64,000 nucleotides of DNA from Candidatus Nanopelagicales bacterium (GCA_044240195.1 JBIHZX010000001.1:117-64116), one strand, 5' to 3'; counted from the first letter of the stretch, positions 1 to 9,679 are shown. Program-made: numbers and translations. Notes: generated by a model from the sequence alone, not told the origin.

Positions 1-419
1 ACGTGAAGGTGGTTGAAATCGGAAACTGGCAACTCACCGATTGGTATCAAGTTTTCACATCTCGCGTTGGCTCCCGCACTAGGAATCATCGTTCGTTGGC
101 CGTCGCGTTCGTTGAGAATGAGACAGACACCTGTCAATTCACCGGGTACCCGTTGGACCAGCACGTTAACACCGGCATCGCGGATGTTATTGACTAAGTA
201 GTCACCGAGTGGATCATCGCCGATGGCTCCGATCAAATGAACCGTGTTTCCGGCACGGGCAAGCCACGTTGCTGTGTTTGCCGCGCTTCCGCCAGGGCTC
301 AATGTTGTCCGGGAGGGAAAATCACTACCTCGAGCAAGTGTCAGCGCTTCGAGAGTGTCGACCTCACATGCAATGTCAACCATGAGGTCACCAAGAAGTT
401 GAATCGATGCTGTCCCCAC
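1..419 (-). CDS. PfkB-family carbohydrate kinase, N-terminal part (probable pseudouridine kinase); 3' end runs off the left window edge
   Basis: Absent from the ORF track because there is no stop in the window. Manual reverse translation from GTG at 419 gives VGTASIQLLGDLMVDIACEV...SPGGSAANTATWLARAG...GVCLILNERDGQRTMIPSAGAN, a ribokinase/PfkB N-terminal signature with no internal stop. It starts 6 nt after the psuG stop, the usual psuG-kinase pairing. Confidence 0.75.
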   Translation of the reverse strand, partial: MGTASIQLLGDLMVDIACEVDTLEALTLARGSDFPSRTTLSPGGSAANTATWLARAGNTVHLIGAIGDDPLGDYLVNNIRDAGVNVLVQRVPGELTGVCLILNERDGQRTMIPSAGANARCENLIPIGELPVSDFNHLH

Positions 420-425
420 GTGCGG

Positions 426-1367
426 CTAGGCCTGTTTCATTACCACGGAATTTGCAACGGCGATGCGAGCGGCAAGGTCTGCATTGCGAACGATGATGTC
501 AGTGTTTACGACCAAACTCTGACCGTGTGTTGCTCGGTGGAAATGGTCGAGTAGAAATGGCGTGACGTCCTTACCAGAAATCTTTTTTGAATCAACCAAT
601 GTTAATCCATCACTCAAAACTTGGTCATGTAGATCAGGGTCAAGTTGACTCGTCAAAGGCAGCGGATTTGCAATTACGAGACCAGATGTAATCTGCAATG
701 CCCGACGCGCAGCCATAACGTCTGCAATCTCGGAAGGGTCTCCGAGGGACCAGTCAACAGAGAACCCTGAATCACTCAGGTAGAAACCGGGGAATTGATT
801 CGACCCAAAAACGAGTACACCGACATTGAGGGTCTCAAGTCGTTCCAAGGTAGCCCCAACGTCAAGGATCGACTTCACTCCCGAGCACACAATTGTGATT
901 GGGATTTGACTCAAAGCCGTCAAATCGGCTGATTCATCCCAACTCTCGCGGGCATATCGGTGGACCCCGCCTAGACCTCCTGTGGCGAAAATTTCAATTC
1001 CCGCCACCATCGCCAGGTGACTAGTTGCAGCAACGGTTGTGGCGGCGAATCCTTTTCGCGCTGAGACGGTCGCCAGATCTCGGATGCTCGTCTTAACTAC
1101 ATCATCGCGGGTTGCGACTTGTTCCAACTCGGCCTGATTCAGACCAATATGAACTCGTCCTTCAAGCATCGCAATCGTCGCGGGTGTGGCCCCTCGAGAT
1201 CGAACGATACTCTCAACCTCGAGGGCAACCCGCAAATTCTCTGGGCGGGGGAGCCCGTGGCTGATTATCGTGGATTCAAGTGCCACGACAGGCGTTCCAT
1301 TGAGGAGAGCCTCGGAAACCTCGTCGCTATAGACAAAAAGACCGGTTTTTTGATTCGGCAAATTCAC
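426..1367 (-). CDS. psuG: pseudouridine-5'-phosphate glycosidase
   Basis: 313-aa ORF with GTG start. N-terminus ...VVALESTIISHGLPRPENL... and ...IFATGGLGGVHR... are typical of PsuG (indigoidine synthase A-like family). Confidence 0.85.
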   Translation of the reverse strand: MNLPNQKTGLFVYSDEVSEALLNGTPVVALESTIISHGLPRPENLRVALEVESIVRSRGATPATIAMLEGRVHIGLNQAELEQVATRDDVVKTSIRDLATVSARKGFAATTVAATSHLAMVAGIEIFATGGLGGVHRYARESWDESADLTALSQIPITIVCSGVKSILDVGATLERLETLNVGVLVFGSNQFPGFYLSDSGFSVDWSLGDPSEIADVMAARRALQITSGLVIANPLPLTSQLDPDLHDQVLSDGLTLVDSKKISGKDVTPFLLDHFHRATHGQSLVVNTDIIVRNADLAARIAVANSVVMKQA

Positions 1368-1398
1368 GTCTCGACCCTAACCCCTAGACTTACGCTCA

Positions 1399-1971
1399 AT
1401 GAATACCGGTGTGCTGGAGCAGCAGTTGCAAAGTGATCTTGAGCGGCATGGCTATTACCCACAGTTGGTGTTCCAAGCCCTCGATAAAGCACTGGGCCCC
1501 GAGGAGTTACTCGCATTCGTTGTCCACCAGGAAGCCACCTTTGAGCGAGATGAATTGCGACGGCATATGAGCGTTTTGGCACTGACGCATACTCGCTTGA
1601 TCGTTTCGCATACTGACGAGCACAACCACGATGGTGAATTCTACGCATCAACATCTAATGAGAGTGTTCGTTTGAGTGCGATTGACACGGTGGTACTTAA
1701 CCAAGTGATAAAAAACCCTTTGGGTTCGGTTGGACCGATACTTTCTGAAGTCGTACTCTCTGTTGGTTGGGGTGCTGTGAGCCGGATCGAGTTGGAACCT
1801 GCGGCATGTGGTGATCCCGATTGTGATGCGGAACATGGATTTGTTGGAACGGCAACCAATGACGATTTTTCACTCAGGGTGTCTCAAGCAGCCGATGGCG
1901 ATGAGACCGTCGCACAGGTGCGAGAATTTGCCGACATTTTGTCTCAGGCGAGTGTCTCGGGTAAAAACTAG
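1399..1971 (+). CDS. DUF5998-family protein (function unknown)
   Basis: 190-aa ORF with ATG start. It resembles the conserved actinobacterial protein that, as I recall, precedes an alkaline-phosphatase-family gene and tdk. Family assignment is from memory only. Confidence 0.55.
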   Translation: MNTGVLEQQLQSDLERHGYYPQLVFQALDKALGPEELLAFVVHQEATFERDELRRHMSVLALTHTRLIVSHTDEHNHDGEFYASTSNESVRLSAIDTVVLNQVIKNPLGSVGPILSEVVLSVGWGAVSRIELEPAACGDPDCDAEHGFVGTATNDDFSLRVSQAADGDETVAQVREFADILSQASVSGKN

Positions 1972-1977
1972 ACCAGC

Positions 1978-3129
1978 GTGAACCAGCAACCTTCGCACCC
2001 CATGATTAACGCCGGGCTTGAATTAAAAGATGTAATTCCCAGCGCAATTCACGCACTCATGCCCGATCTCATGCCCGCAGGGTCGCTCAATTCATTCGCC
2101 CGCATCCCACCTTCATCGCATGTTGTCGTTCTGCTCATCGACGGACTGGGTGAAGCCCAACTCCAGGAATTTGGGGAAGGTCTATTTTTGACAAGCTCAA
2201 CAAGTTCCACGCAAATGCGAACGCAGTTCCCCAGCACCACGCCGGTTGCGTTGGGATCATTTGGGACGGGTGAAAGTCCCGGACAACACGGCTTTGTCGG
2301 AGCTAGTTTTTTCCTTCCGGAAGTGGAGGCGATGTTTGCGCCACTAAAATGGGGTTCAACGCCGCATCCAAAATCTTTGACACCGTCGGCGCCACTGTTT
2401 GAATGGGCTGCTGAACATGGAATTGACGTTGCCAGCATTGCTCGTGAGAAGTACCGAAACTCTGGTTTGACTCAGTCTGTACTTCGTGGGGGTTCCTATT
2501 TAGGTGCGGCTGATCTGGTTGATATGGACAGGGTTGTTCGTGATCGAATCAAAAGTGCGATTTCACCGGCGCTTACGTACGTATACTGGCCCGACCTTGA
2601 CCGTATTGGTCACGTATATGGTCCTGGATCAACCCAATGGTTAGCAGAACTCAATCTAGTTGACTCATTTATTTCGCGTCTCGCTAGCGACATTACGGAT
2701 AATCCACAGTCTGACATCAGTCTGGTAATCACTTCGGATCACGGTATGGTTTCTTGTCCGGTTGAGCGAAGAATTCATATTGAATCCAACGCTGATTTGG
2801 CGAAAGATGTGAAATTTGTGGGTGGGGATCCGCGTGCCCGTCACATCTACACTCGGACAGGTGCAGCGGGCGATACCGCCACCCGATGGCAGGAAGTATT
2901 AGGCAAGGATTTCTCTGTCGTATCCCGTGAGAACCTGATCCAGGGGGGTCTTTTCCCACGATTTGATCCAGATTTCTTCGAGAGGATGGGTGATTTCATG
3001 GTGATAGCTCATAGCGATGCGATGCTCTCGAGCAACGTTGATACGCGCACCTCGTCCCTCGTGGGACAACATGGTTCGATCTCTGAGGCAGAAATGCTGA
3101 TTCCCCTGAGAGTGTTTCATTCGGGGTAA
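1978..3129 (+). CDS. alkaline phosphatase / nucleotide pyrophosphatase (type I phosphodiesterase) family protein
   Basis: 383 aa. Metal-site motifs VVLLIDGLG and LVITSDHGM match the AP superfamily. Confidence 0.75.
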   Translation: MNQQPSHPMINAGLELKDVIPSAIHALMPDLMPAGSLNSFARIPPSSHVVVLLIDGLGEAQLQEFGEGLFLTSSTSSTQMRTQFPSTTPVALGSFGTGESPGQHGFVGASFFLPEVEAMFAPLKWGSTPHPKSLTPSAPLFEWAAEHGIDVASIAREKYRNSGLTQSVLRGGSYLGAADLVDMDRVVRDRIKSAISPALTYVYWPDLDRIGHVYGPGSTQWLAELNLVDSFISRLASDITDNPQSDISLVITSDHGMVSCPVERRIHIESNADLAKDVKFVGGDPRARHIYTRTGAAGDTATRWQEVLGKDFSVVSRENLIQGGLFPRFDPDFFERMGDFMVIAHSDAMLSSNVDTRTSSLVGQHGSISEAEMLIPLRVFHSG

Positions 3130-3197
3130 GACATTTAAGATGCGTCATGCTGATGGCCAAGTGAGGCTGGCGCTAGGTCACATGGAATTATGCGGGC

Positions 3198-3845
3198 GTG
3201 GCCGAATTGATCTACTTCGTGGGAACGATGGACTGCGGCAAATCCACATTAGCTTTGCAAACAGATCACAACCATTCAAGTCGCGGAAGATCGGGTGTGG
3301 TTTTTACAAAATTTGATCGGGCAGGGGAATCGGTGTTGTCGAGCCGACTTGGGCTTGAAGTGCCAGCCATTGAAGTGAGTGATGAACTAAATCTTCGCAG
3401 GTTTGTGGTTGACAGACTCTCAAGCGGCCACCGAATTGACTATTTAATTTGTGACGAGGCTCAGTTTTACTCGCCAGAACAAATAGAGCAGATCGCCCAG
3501 TTGGTTGATGATTTAGCGATTGACGTTTTTGCATTTGGTATTTTGACTGACTTTCGAACCAAACTTTTCCCCGGATCCGCACGCTTATTGGAACTCGCTG
3601 ATCGCGTTCAGTACCTGCAAGTTGAGGCTTTGTGTTGGTGCGGTAATCGGGCACTTCACAACGCACGCACCATTGACGGTGAAATGACAACTGAAGGCGA
3701 CCAAGTGCTGGTCGGGGATGTGGCCAGTTCTAGCTCAACTTCCTATGAAGTGCTTTGTCGGCGCCACTACCGAGCACGCCTGACAAAATACAAATCAAAT
3801 AAAGCTCATATGTCGAGTAACCCCCTACCATTTGACACTCGGTAA
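3198..3845 (+). CDS. tdk: thymidine kinase
   Basis: P-loop FVGTMDCGKST and a C-terminal Zn-ribbon (CWCG ... CRRHY). The 215-aa length is typical. Confidence 0.9.
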   Translation: MAELIYFVGTMDCGKSTLALQTDHNHSSRGRSGVVFTKFDRAGESVLSSRLGLEVPAIEVSDELNLRRFVVDRLSSGHRIDYLICDEAQFYSPEQIEQIAQLVDDLAIDVFAFGILTDFRTKLFPGSARLLELADRVQYLQVEALCWCGNRALHNARTIDGEMTTEGDQVLVGDVASSSSTSYEVLCRRHYRARLTKYKSNKAHMSSNPLPFDTR

Positions 3846-3862
3846 AGCGAGGGTGGAAAGAG

Positions 3863-4507
3863 TTAATCGTCGGTCGAGCTTGCACCAAAAAGTATTTCAT
3901 CCCAACTAGGAACCTTGGCGCGACCCTTTTTCTTTTTTGTTGTCGGCGCACTCGGTTCATGGGGAATTCTTGACTCAATCGGAATCTCGGTGACAGGTTC
4001 ACTCGTCTCTGTCTCATCAATTGCGAGTAACTCAGGGACGGCACTCAACTTGACGGGTGTGATGAAGCTCTCTTCAGATTCGGTGTAATCGGTTAATGCG
4101 ATTCTGGGCTGTGCGATACCTGAAGTTGTATCAATGATAATGGTCGATTCACGCGAGGTTCCCGCTTGAGTTTCGCGGGTTGGCTCAAGTCCCATCAATA
4201 CCCGGGCCCGTGGATTCAAAGGATTTACGGATTTACCCGCCGGCTCGTATGACCAGTGAGCAATCTCCAACTTCCCAGGCTCATGTAACTGAACAAGCCA
4301 CTGTCCATCGACGTATGAGCTATCCCAGTTGAGTTCATCTGGCTTAAGACCAAGGACATTACCCACCACGATTTCCAGCGTGGCACTTCCCCGGGCCTGG
4401 TGCAGCTGCACCTCACTTGCACATTGAGCGACGTAGGCACGCTCGCGAAGTGGAGGCTCTGCGTAGCGGATAACCCGGTCAATATCCCAGCCTGTTTCCT
4501 GCGCCAC
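3863..4507 (-). CDS. sepH: septation protein SepH-like (DUF3071 family), apparently N-terminally short; may start at CTG 4570
   Basis: The C-terminal KKKKGRAKVPSWDEILFG tail and the central ...WDIDRVIRYAEPPLRERAYVA... helix match SepH/DUF3071 proteins as I recall them. The in-frame conserved stretch LSPREVQQRVRAGETPEF lies upstream of the first GTG. Confidence 0.6.
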   Translation of the reverse strand: MAQETGWDIDRVIRYAEPPLRERAYVAQCASEVQLHQARGSATLEIVVGNVLGLKPDELNWDSSYVDGQWLVQLHEPGKLEIAHWSYEPAGKSVNPLNPRARVLMGLEPTRETQAGTSRESTIIIDTTSGIAQPRIALTDYTESEESFITPVKLSAVPELLAIDETETSEPVTEIPIESRIPHEPSAPTTKKKKGRAKVPSWDEILFGASSTDD

Positions 4508-4663
4508 GAATTCGGGAGTCTCACCAGCGCGAACACGCTGCTGAACTTCTCGAGGACTAAGGGGATTCAGGGGATACTCCTAATATTGATCGGGTGTGTC
4601 GGAAGTACTGGGTACAGATTATCTATTGGTGAGGTCTAAATTTACACCAATTGCGAGCCTAAC

Positions 4664-5998
4664 TTACTCGGCATCACGTTCGTGCAGAAACGCGCCGGGC
4701 GCCGGTCCTGGTATCGGATCCTGATTAAGTGACACGGGGACGGTCAATACGTCGTCATCTCGACGGGCATCGATGGCGGCACTCAAACGGCTCTGGGCGA
4801 GAAGTGAGGCCGCAAGAGCAAGAACCGCAGCTAGCGAGCCCAAACCGAAGGCATACGCAGTTCCAACGTGATCCACAAGAATGCCACTAATTGAGGCACC
4901 GAGTGCAAAGCCGGCCGCTAGGCCTGAATTTGTCCACGTAAGGCCCTCCGTGAGCAACTTAGAGGGAACCAGCCGCTCAGTAAGCGAAAAAGTACAGATC
5001 AAGGTGGGTGAGATAAAGCACCCCGAGAGTGTGGCAGCCATGATCAGCAAAAGCGGAGAAGTGATGAAGGCCAAAGGTAGGACGACGATCGCCAGGACAA
5101 GTGTCGTGTAGGCCAATTGGCGTGAGAGAGGGGCGCTTACATGACGACTTCCATAGATCAAGCCACCAACCATGGAACTGGCAGCCCACAGAGCCAAGGT
5201 GAGGCCGACTAGTTCGGGCGTCCCAGCTTCTTGCATGAATGCGACCGCCGCAACCTCGAAGGTTCCGAACAATGCGCCTACGCCGAGAGCAACCACAATG
5301 GTTGACGTCATACCCGGGAAGCGGATTGCAGATCCTTCACTTTTGTGTTCTGCCCGGGTGAAAGGGGGAGGGGATGACTCATTAAGTGAGGCAAGCAACA
5401 GTGCACCCACGAGCGCGATGATCGCCCCCACCAAAATGGGACTAGCGAAGTTAACACTAAATGCCAGCGCGACGGCAGCGAGTGGTCCAATGGTAAAGAT
5501 CAGTTCATCGAGAATGCTTTCCCAAGCAAAAGCGCTATGCATAAGTCGCTCATTTTTATTTGTAAGGAATGCCCAGCGGGTTCGAACAAAGGATCCGAAA
5601 GAGGGAAAGCTCGCACCCGCAATCACAGCGAGAATGGTCTGCCAGAAACGGGGAAAGTCATTTGATACAGCATAAACAAAGACGAATAGAGTGAATGAAA
5701 AAACACTTGGCAAAATAATGAGAACTATTCGTTGACCGTATCTATCACTCATTCGGCTCGATGCCACGGCGGCAAGGGCTGCCGTGAGTGTGAATGAGGC
5801 TTGTAAGAAGCCTGCAAATGCGTATGAGCCCGTAGTGTTGCTGATGAAGAGAAGAATTCCAAGACCAACCATGGCAAGCGGAATTCGAGCGATGAAACCT
5901 GCGCCAGAGAACTTTGCGGCACCCTTGAGTCGTAACGCCGCTGCATAGGGTTCATACACTGATTTCAACATCGCGGGTGAACGGTACCGCTCACACAC
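4664..5998 (-). CDS. MFS transporter
   Basis: 444 aa, hydrophobic throughout with about 12 helices. Start is uncertain (GTG 5998 or ATG 5971). Confidence 0.75.
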   Translation of the reverse strand: MCERYRSPAMLKSVYEPYAAALRLKGAAKFSGAGFIARIPLAMVGLGILLFISNTTGSYAFAGFLQASFTLTAALAAVASSRMSDRYGQRIVLIILPSVFSFTLFVFVYAVSNDFPRFWQTILAVIAGASFPSFGSFVRTRWAFLTNKNERLMHSAFAWESILDELIFTIGPLAAVALAFSVNFASPILVGAIIALVGALLLASLNESSPPPFTRAEHKSEGSAIRFPGMTSTIVVALGVGALFGTFEVAAVAFMQEAGTPELVGLTLALWAASSMVGGLIYGSRHVSAPLSRQLAYTTLVLAIVVLPLAFITSPLLLIMAATLSGCFISPTLICTFSLTERLVPSKLLTEGLTWTNSGLAAGFALGASISGILVDHVGTAYAFGLGSLAAVLALAASLLAQSRLSAAIDARRDDDVLTVPVSLNQDPIPGPAPGAFLHERDAE

Positions 5999-6038
5999 CC
6001 TCCAAGCCGTAACGGTCTATCTGTGACAGGCTTAGGGC

Positions 6039-6884
6039 ATGTTTACATCCTTGGATTCGCTGCTGAATAGTCATGAAGCCGGCCAACTCGCCTGGGAGTG
6101 CGCCCAAAGCGCTGGGGCGTTTTTGAAGAATGAGAGGCCCCGTAATCTCAACATTGAGACCAAATCGAGTGGGTCTGACCTCGTTAGTGAAATGGACCGA
6201 GGGGCGGAGGCGTTAATCGTGGACGTGATAATCGCATCACGGCCCGATGATTCCATCTTGGGTGAAGAGGGCTCGAATCGAATAGGGACTTCAGGAGTGC
6301 GATGGATTATTGACCCTTTAGATGGAACGACGAATTATCTATTCGGAATTCCGCTCTGGGGAGTATCCATCGGCGTCGAAATTGACGGGGTTGTGCAGCT
6401 GGGGGTCATTGCTATTCCTGAATCAAACAAAAGTTATGTAGGTATCGCGGGCGTGGGTTCATTCTGTGTGAGTGGTGAATCGTTGCAAATACTGAAAGTC
6501 CGTCGTGGTAGCCAACTCAAAGATGCCCTACTGGCGACTGGATTCGGGTATTCACCCGTTCGTCGCGGATTGCAGGCGGACGTTGTTGCCGCCGTTCTCC
6601 CACAGATCGCCGATATCCGAAGGTCCGGATGCGCCGTTGTTGACCTGTGTTGGCTGGCAAGTGGATTCACCGACGGCTATTTCGAAATTGGTCTTAATCC
6701 CTGGGACTACGCTGCGGGAGCGCTCATCGTTTCCTTGGCGGGAGGTCGAGTGGAGGCTCCGATCGACGGCGACCTCGGTAAACTTTTAATTTCAAGCACG
6801 CCAGAAATATTCGATGAATTGGAGCGGGTACTCATGGCAGCTGGCGCACATGACCTGTTAATCAAGGAGTCGCATTTCCGCTGA
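6039..6884 (+). CDS. inositol monophosphatase family protein
   Basis: Motifs ILGEEG and WIIDPLDGTTNY, plus the C-terminal WDYAAG. Confidence 0.85.
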   Translation: MFTSLDSLLNSHEAGQLAWECAQSAGAFLKNERPRNLNIETKSSGSDLVSEMDRGAEALIVDVIIASRPDDSILGEEGSNRIGTSGVRWIIDPLDGTTNYLFGIPLWGVSIGVEIDGVVQLGVIAIPESNKSYVGIAGVGSFCVSGESLQILKVRRGSQLKDALLATGFGYSPVRRGLQADVVAAVLPQIADIRRSGCAVVDLCWLASGFTDGYFEIGLNPWDYAAGALIVSLAGGRVEAPIDGDLGKLLISSTPEIFDELERVLMAAGAHDLLIKESHFR

Positions 6885-7376
6885 GTACCAACTCGCGTTC
6901 CGAATATAAATTTGGGCAGAATAATCGATATCGGCGCTGGTGATTACACCCTCGGTAATGGTTGCCGGCACTCCCAAGGCTCGCGCATGAGGGGGAACTA
7001 TTTTATTATTTCCCACGAGAGCACAGGCGCCGACGAGCGATGTTGGACCCACGACCGCGTTATGCAAGACGACCGCGTGTGAACCAATAAGTGAACCTGA
7101 CTCAATGCGGCACCCTTCAAGGTGAACCCCGTGGCCGATCACGCAGTTGTCGCCAATCACGGTGTCATGGGATGAAGTGCAATGGATCACGGAGCCGTCT
7201 TGGATCGACGTTCCTGAACCGATCACGATTTTTCCACTGTCTGCACGTAAAACCGCGCACGGCCAGATACTCGAGTTCGGACCCACTTGGACATCTCCGA
7301 TCACCACTGCATCTGGGTGAACAAAAGCGGTTGGATCTATGGATGGCGTTTTTTCGCCTAATGCGTAAATTGGCAT
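6858..7376 (-). CDS. gamma carbonic anhydrase-like / hexapeptide-repeat protein (YrdA/PaaY type)
   Basis: 172 aa. N-terminus MPIYALGEKTPSIDPTAFVHPDAVVIGDV is followed by left-handed beta-helix hexapeptide repeats. Confidence 0.8.
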   Translation of the reverse strand: MPIYALGEKTPSIDPTAFVHPDAVVIGDVQVGPNSSIWPCAVLRADSGKIVIGSGTSIQDGSVIHCTSSHDTVIGDNCVIGHGVHLEGCRIESGSLIGSHAVVLHNAVVGPTSLVGACALVGNNKIVPPHARALGVPATITEGVITSADIDYSAQIYIRNASWYSAEMRLLD

Positions 7377-7523
7377 CCTTCATTCTCGCATTAGCCATAT
7401 CCCTCAATGAATAGCAGCCTCAAAGGCACCCAACTGCGCACCTCGAACGACGGTGGGGGACAATCTGCGCGCACCCCGGAAGTTAATTTCGGGATTCCGT
7501 AAAACCGAAGGGAATGGGACACT

Positions 7524-7820
7524 ATGGCGACCGATTACGACGCCCCTCGTAAAACTGACGAGGAGCTCGCTGAGGATAGTCTGGAAGAACTCAAAGCCCA
7601 GCGGGCTGAGAAAGCTTCATCCCCGGTAGACGTTGATGAAGCCGAACTTGCCGAGTCAATCGAGTTGCCCGGCGCGGATCTCTCTGGCGAAAACCTGTCA
7701 GTTGAAGTTGTCCCTAAACAAACGGATGAATTCACCTGTATGTCGTGTTTCTTGGTTCACCACCAAAGCCAGCTGGATCACGAAGGTAAGTCAGGGCCAG
7801 TTTGTAAAGAGTGCGCCTAG
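7524..7820 (+). CDS. DUF4193 family protein
   Basis: 98 aa. Acidic N-terminus MATDYDAPRK..., C-terminal Cys pairs (CMSC ... CKEC). Confidence 0.7.
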   Translation: MATDYDAPRKTDEELAEDSLEELKAQRAEKASSPVDVDEAELAESIELPGADLSGENLSVEVVPKQTDEFTCMSCFLVHHQSQLDHEGKSGPVCKECA

Positions 7821-8110
7821 TTTTTTTTCGCGAGAAACCTGAAGACCGCAACTTCTACAACGGCTGCACTCGCGGCCGTGATAGCCGCCCACGCGAGAGC
7901 CGAACCCAATGCGACTTGCGCATCCTGCGGGTCGGGTGCTTTATGTCCGGTCAACCTGCTGTAGCTGCTATTCAGTGCCTTTCGGACAGCCCACGTCGCT
8001 CCAATGGCGGCTAATGGTGCGAGTACGTGAATCACCAATTGGTTTTCGCCCGACGACTGTTCTTTCAGCCCTGAATCATCGGAAATTAATTGATTTTTGG
8101 CACCTGACAT
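7817..8110 (-). CDS. DUF4235 domain-containing membrane protein
   Basis: 97 aa with two hydrophobic helices. The ...WAVRKALNSSYSRLTG... segment is typical of DUF4235 as I recall it. Confidence 0.6.
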   Translation of the reverse strand: MSGAKNQLISDDSGLKEQSSGENQLVIHVLAPLAAIGATWAVRKALNSSYSRLTGHKAPDPQDAQVALGSALAWAAITAASAAVVEVAVFRFLAKKN

Positions 8111-8140
8111 AGCGCTTGTCTACCATCGCAATATGGACTG

Positions 8141-8617
8141 TCAGATTTTGGGTCCCCGGGCGTAAGAAATCGCCTGAATCAATTTTTCGGGGGTGTGGCT
8201 CGACAGATGCCAATACCCGTGGGGATCTAACGGATCAGAAATAGCTATTTCGACTACCGGAAGTTTCCCTTTGATCACGTTAAAAGCGGTGTCATTTCGA
8301 GTACCACGATCAACCTCGCGTTGTTGCGTTGGCGTTAGTTGATGGGCAGAACCGATCAGGGTGATATTGATCCTGGCCCTGCCGGCCGTGAGAAACCCTT
8401 CACCCGAGCACGTATCGATTCGGACTTGAGGAGCGGTTGTCACCGCAAAAATAATGTACATGGTGCTGATGCCGAGCGCTAATAGAATTCCTACCAGGGA
8501 GCCAAAGGCCGCCGAATAGGCAAGTCCCACCATGAGGAAGAGCCCCAAGCCGAGAAACATGATTGACGCACTCGGCAGGAGTCTTTCGCGGTACACCACA
8601 ATCGGAGTATGGTGCAT
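8141..8617 (-). CDS. DUF3093 domain-containing membrane protein
   Basis: 158 aa. YRERL near the N-terminus is followed by two TM helices. It sits in the conserved position next to dut in actinobacteria. Confidence 0.65.
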   Translation of the reverse strand: MHHTPIVVYRERLLPSASIMFLGLGLFLMVGLAYSAAFGSLVGILLALGISTMYIIFAVTTAPQVRIDTCSGEGFLTAGRARINITLIGSAHQLTPTQQREVDRGTRNDTAFNVIKGKLPVVEIAISDPLDPHGYWHLSSHTPEKLIQAISYARGPKI

Positions 8618-8622
8618 GTGTC

Positions 8623-9189
8623 ATGTCTATGAAACCCTCGGCATCCGCTGTTCCACAAGGTGCGACCCCGCCACCAAGGGCGGAGCACGCACCCAAACCC
8701 GGTGACCAAATTCCGTCACATTTCCAATCGTGTTTTGGCTGCGGTGAAGATCACGAAACTGGCCTACACATGCTGATGTTTGCTGGCTCGGATATGAGTG
8801 TGGTGGGGACGTTCACGGTTACCAAGCACCACCAAGGGGCATCAGGTTTGGCACACGGAGGAGTGCTGAGTGCGGCCCTCGACGAAGCCTTGGGCACATT
8901 GAACTGGCTAGTCGGTGAGCGGGCCGTGACGGGAAGACTTGAGTGTGAATTTCGCATGCCGGTACCGGTAGGTTCGGTTCTGCACTTCCACGCTGAAATT
9001 CTGGGCCAGGAGAGACGCAAAATTTATGCGGTAGCAACTGCTCGCCTCAATAGTGTTGATGGACCGGTGGCTGTTGTTGCTCATTCAATTTTCATTCAAG
9101 TTGGCGTTGAACACTTTCAAAAAAATGGTGACAGATCCAGTGTCGAGGACACGATATTTGCGTCACGAGGTTTTGAGGTGAATCCATGA
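8623..9189 (+). CDS. PaaI-family (hotdog fold) thioesterase
   Basis: CFGCG and HGGVLSAALDEALG motifs. I chose ATG 8623 because the longer track ORF (8563) overlaps the divergent DUF3093 gene. Confidence 0.7.
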   Translation: MSMKPSASAVPQGATPPPRAEHAPKPGDQIPSHFQSCFGCGEDHETGLHMLMFAGSDMSVVGTFTVTKHHQGASGLAHGGVLSAALDEALGTLNWLVGERAVTGRLECEFRMPVPVGSVLHFHAEILGQERRKIYAVATARLNSVDGPVAVVAHSIFIQVGVEHFQKNGDRSSVEDTIFASRGFEVNP

Positions 9190-9632
9190 TTCGCGAAATA
9201 CTTATCCACCGGCTTGACCCGGACCTGCCGCTCCCACAATGGGAATATCCGGGTGATGCTGGACTCGATCTGCGAGCGCGTGTTGATGTTGAGCTGACTC
9301 CGGGCCAACGAGTTCTCATTCCTACCGGTATTTCAATTGCTTTGCCACCAGGTTTCGTTGGACTTATCCACCCACGAAGCGGACTGGCGTTGAGAACTGG
9401 ATTTACGCTGGTTAATTCTCCTGGAACAATTGATGCTGGGTTTCGTGGTGAGATTTCGGTAATTGGAATCAACTTAGATGTCGCGACGACGGTCAAGATC
9501 GAGCGTGGTGACCGCATTGCGCAACTCGTGATTCAACAATTACCCCAATTTTCATTGATTGAAGTTTCCGAGCTGCCAGGGTCAGTGCGCAGTGAACAAG
9601 GATTTGGGTCCAGCGGTGGATTTCGACACTGA
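9186..9632 (+). CDS. dut: dUTP diphosphatase
   Basis: The five dUTPase motifs are recognisable (AGLDL, PRSGLA, GTIDAGFRGE, RIAQLVI, GFGSSG). Confidence 0.92.
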   Translation: MIREILIHRLDPDLPLPQWEYPGDAGLDLRARVDVELTPGQRVLIPTGISIALPPGFVGLIHPRSGLALRTGFTLVNSPGTIDAGFRGEISVIGINLDVATTVKIERGDRIAQLVIQQLPQFSLIEVSELPGSVRSEQGFGSSGGFRH

Positions 9633-9679
9633 GGTACACAGTGATAGCGACGACAAGTTCACCCTGAGAGGATAGGCAT

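Noticed and set aside
4641-4663. IdeR/DtxR-like iron-box resemblance (GAGCCTAACTTA) upstream of the SepH-like gene
   Set aside because: Only one half-site is similar (about 9/11). The other half shows no match to TTAGGTTAG, so it is not a credible 19-bp box.
5172-5675. 167-aa plus-strand ORF antisense to the MFS transporter
   Set aside because: It is a shadow ORF of a GC-biased membrane-protein gene. It has Ala/Ser/Pro-rich composition and no RBS or known motif.
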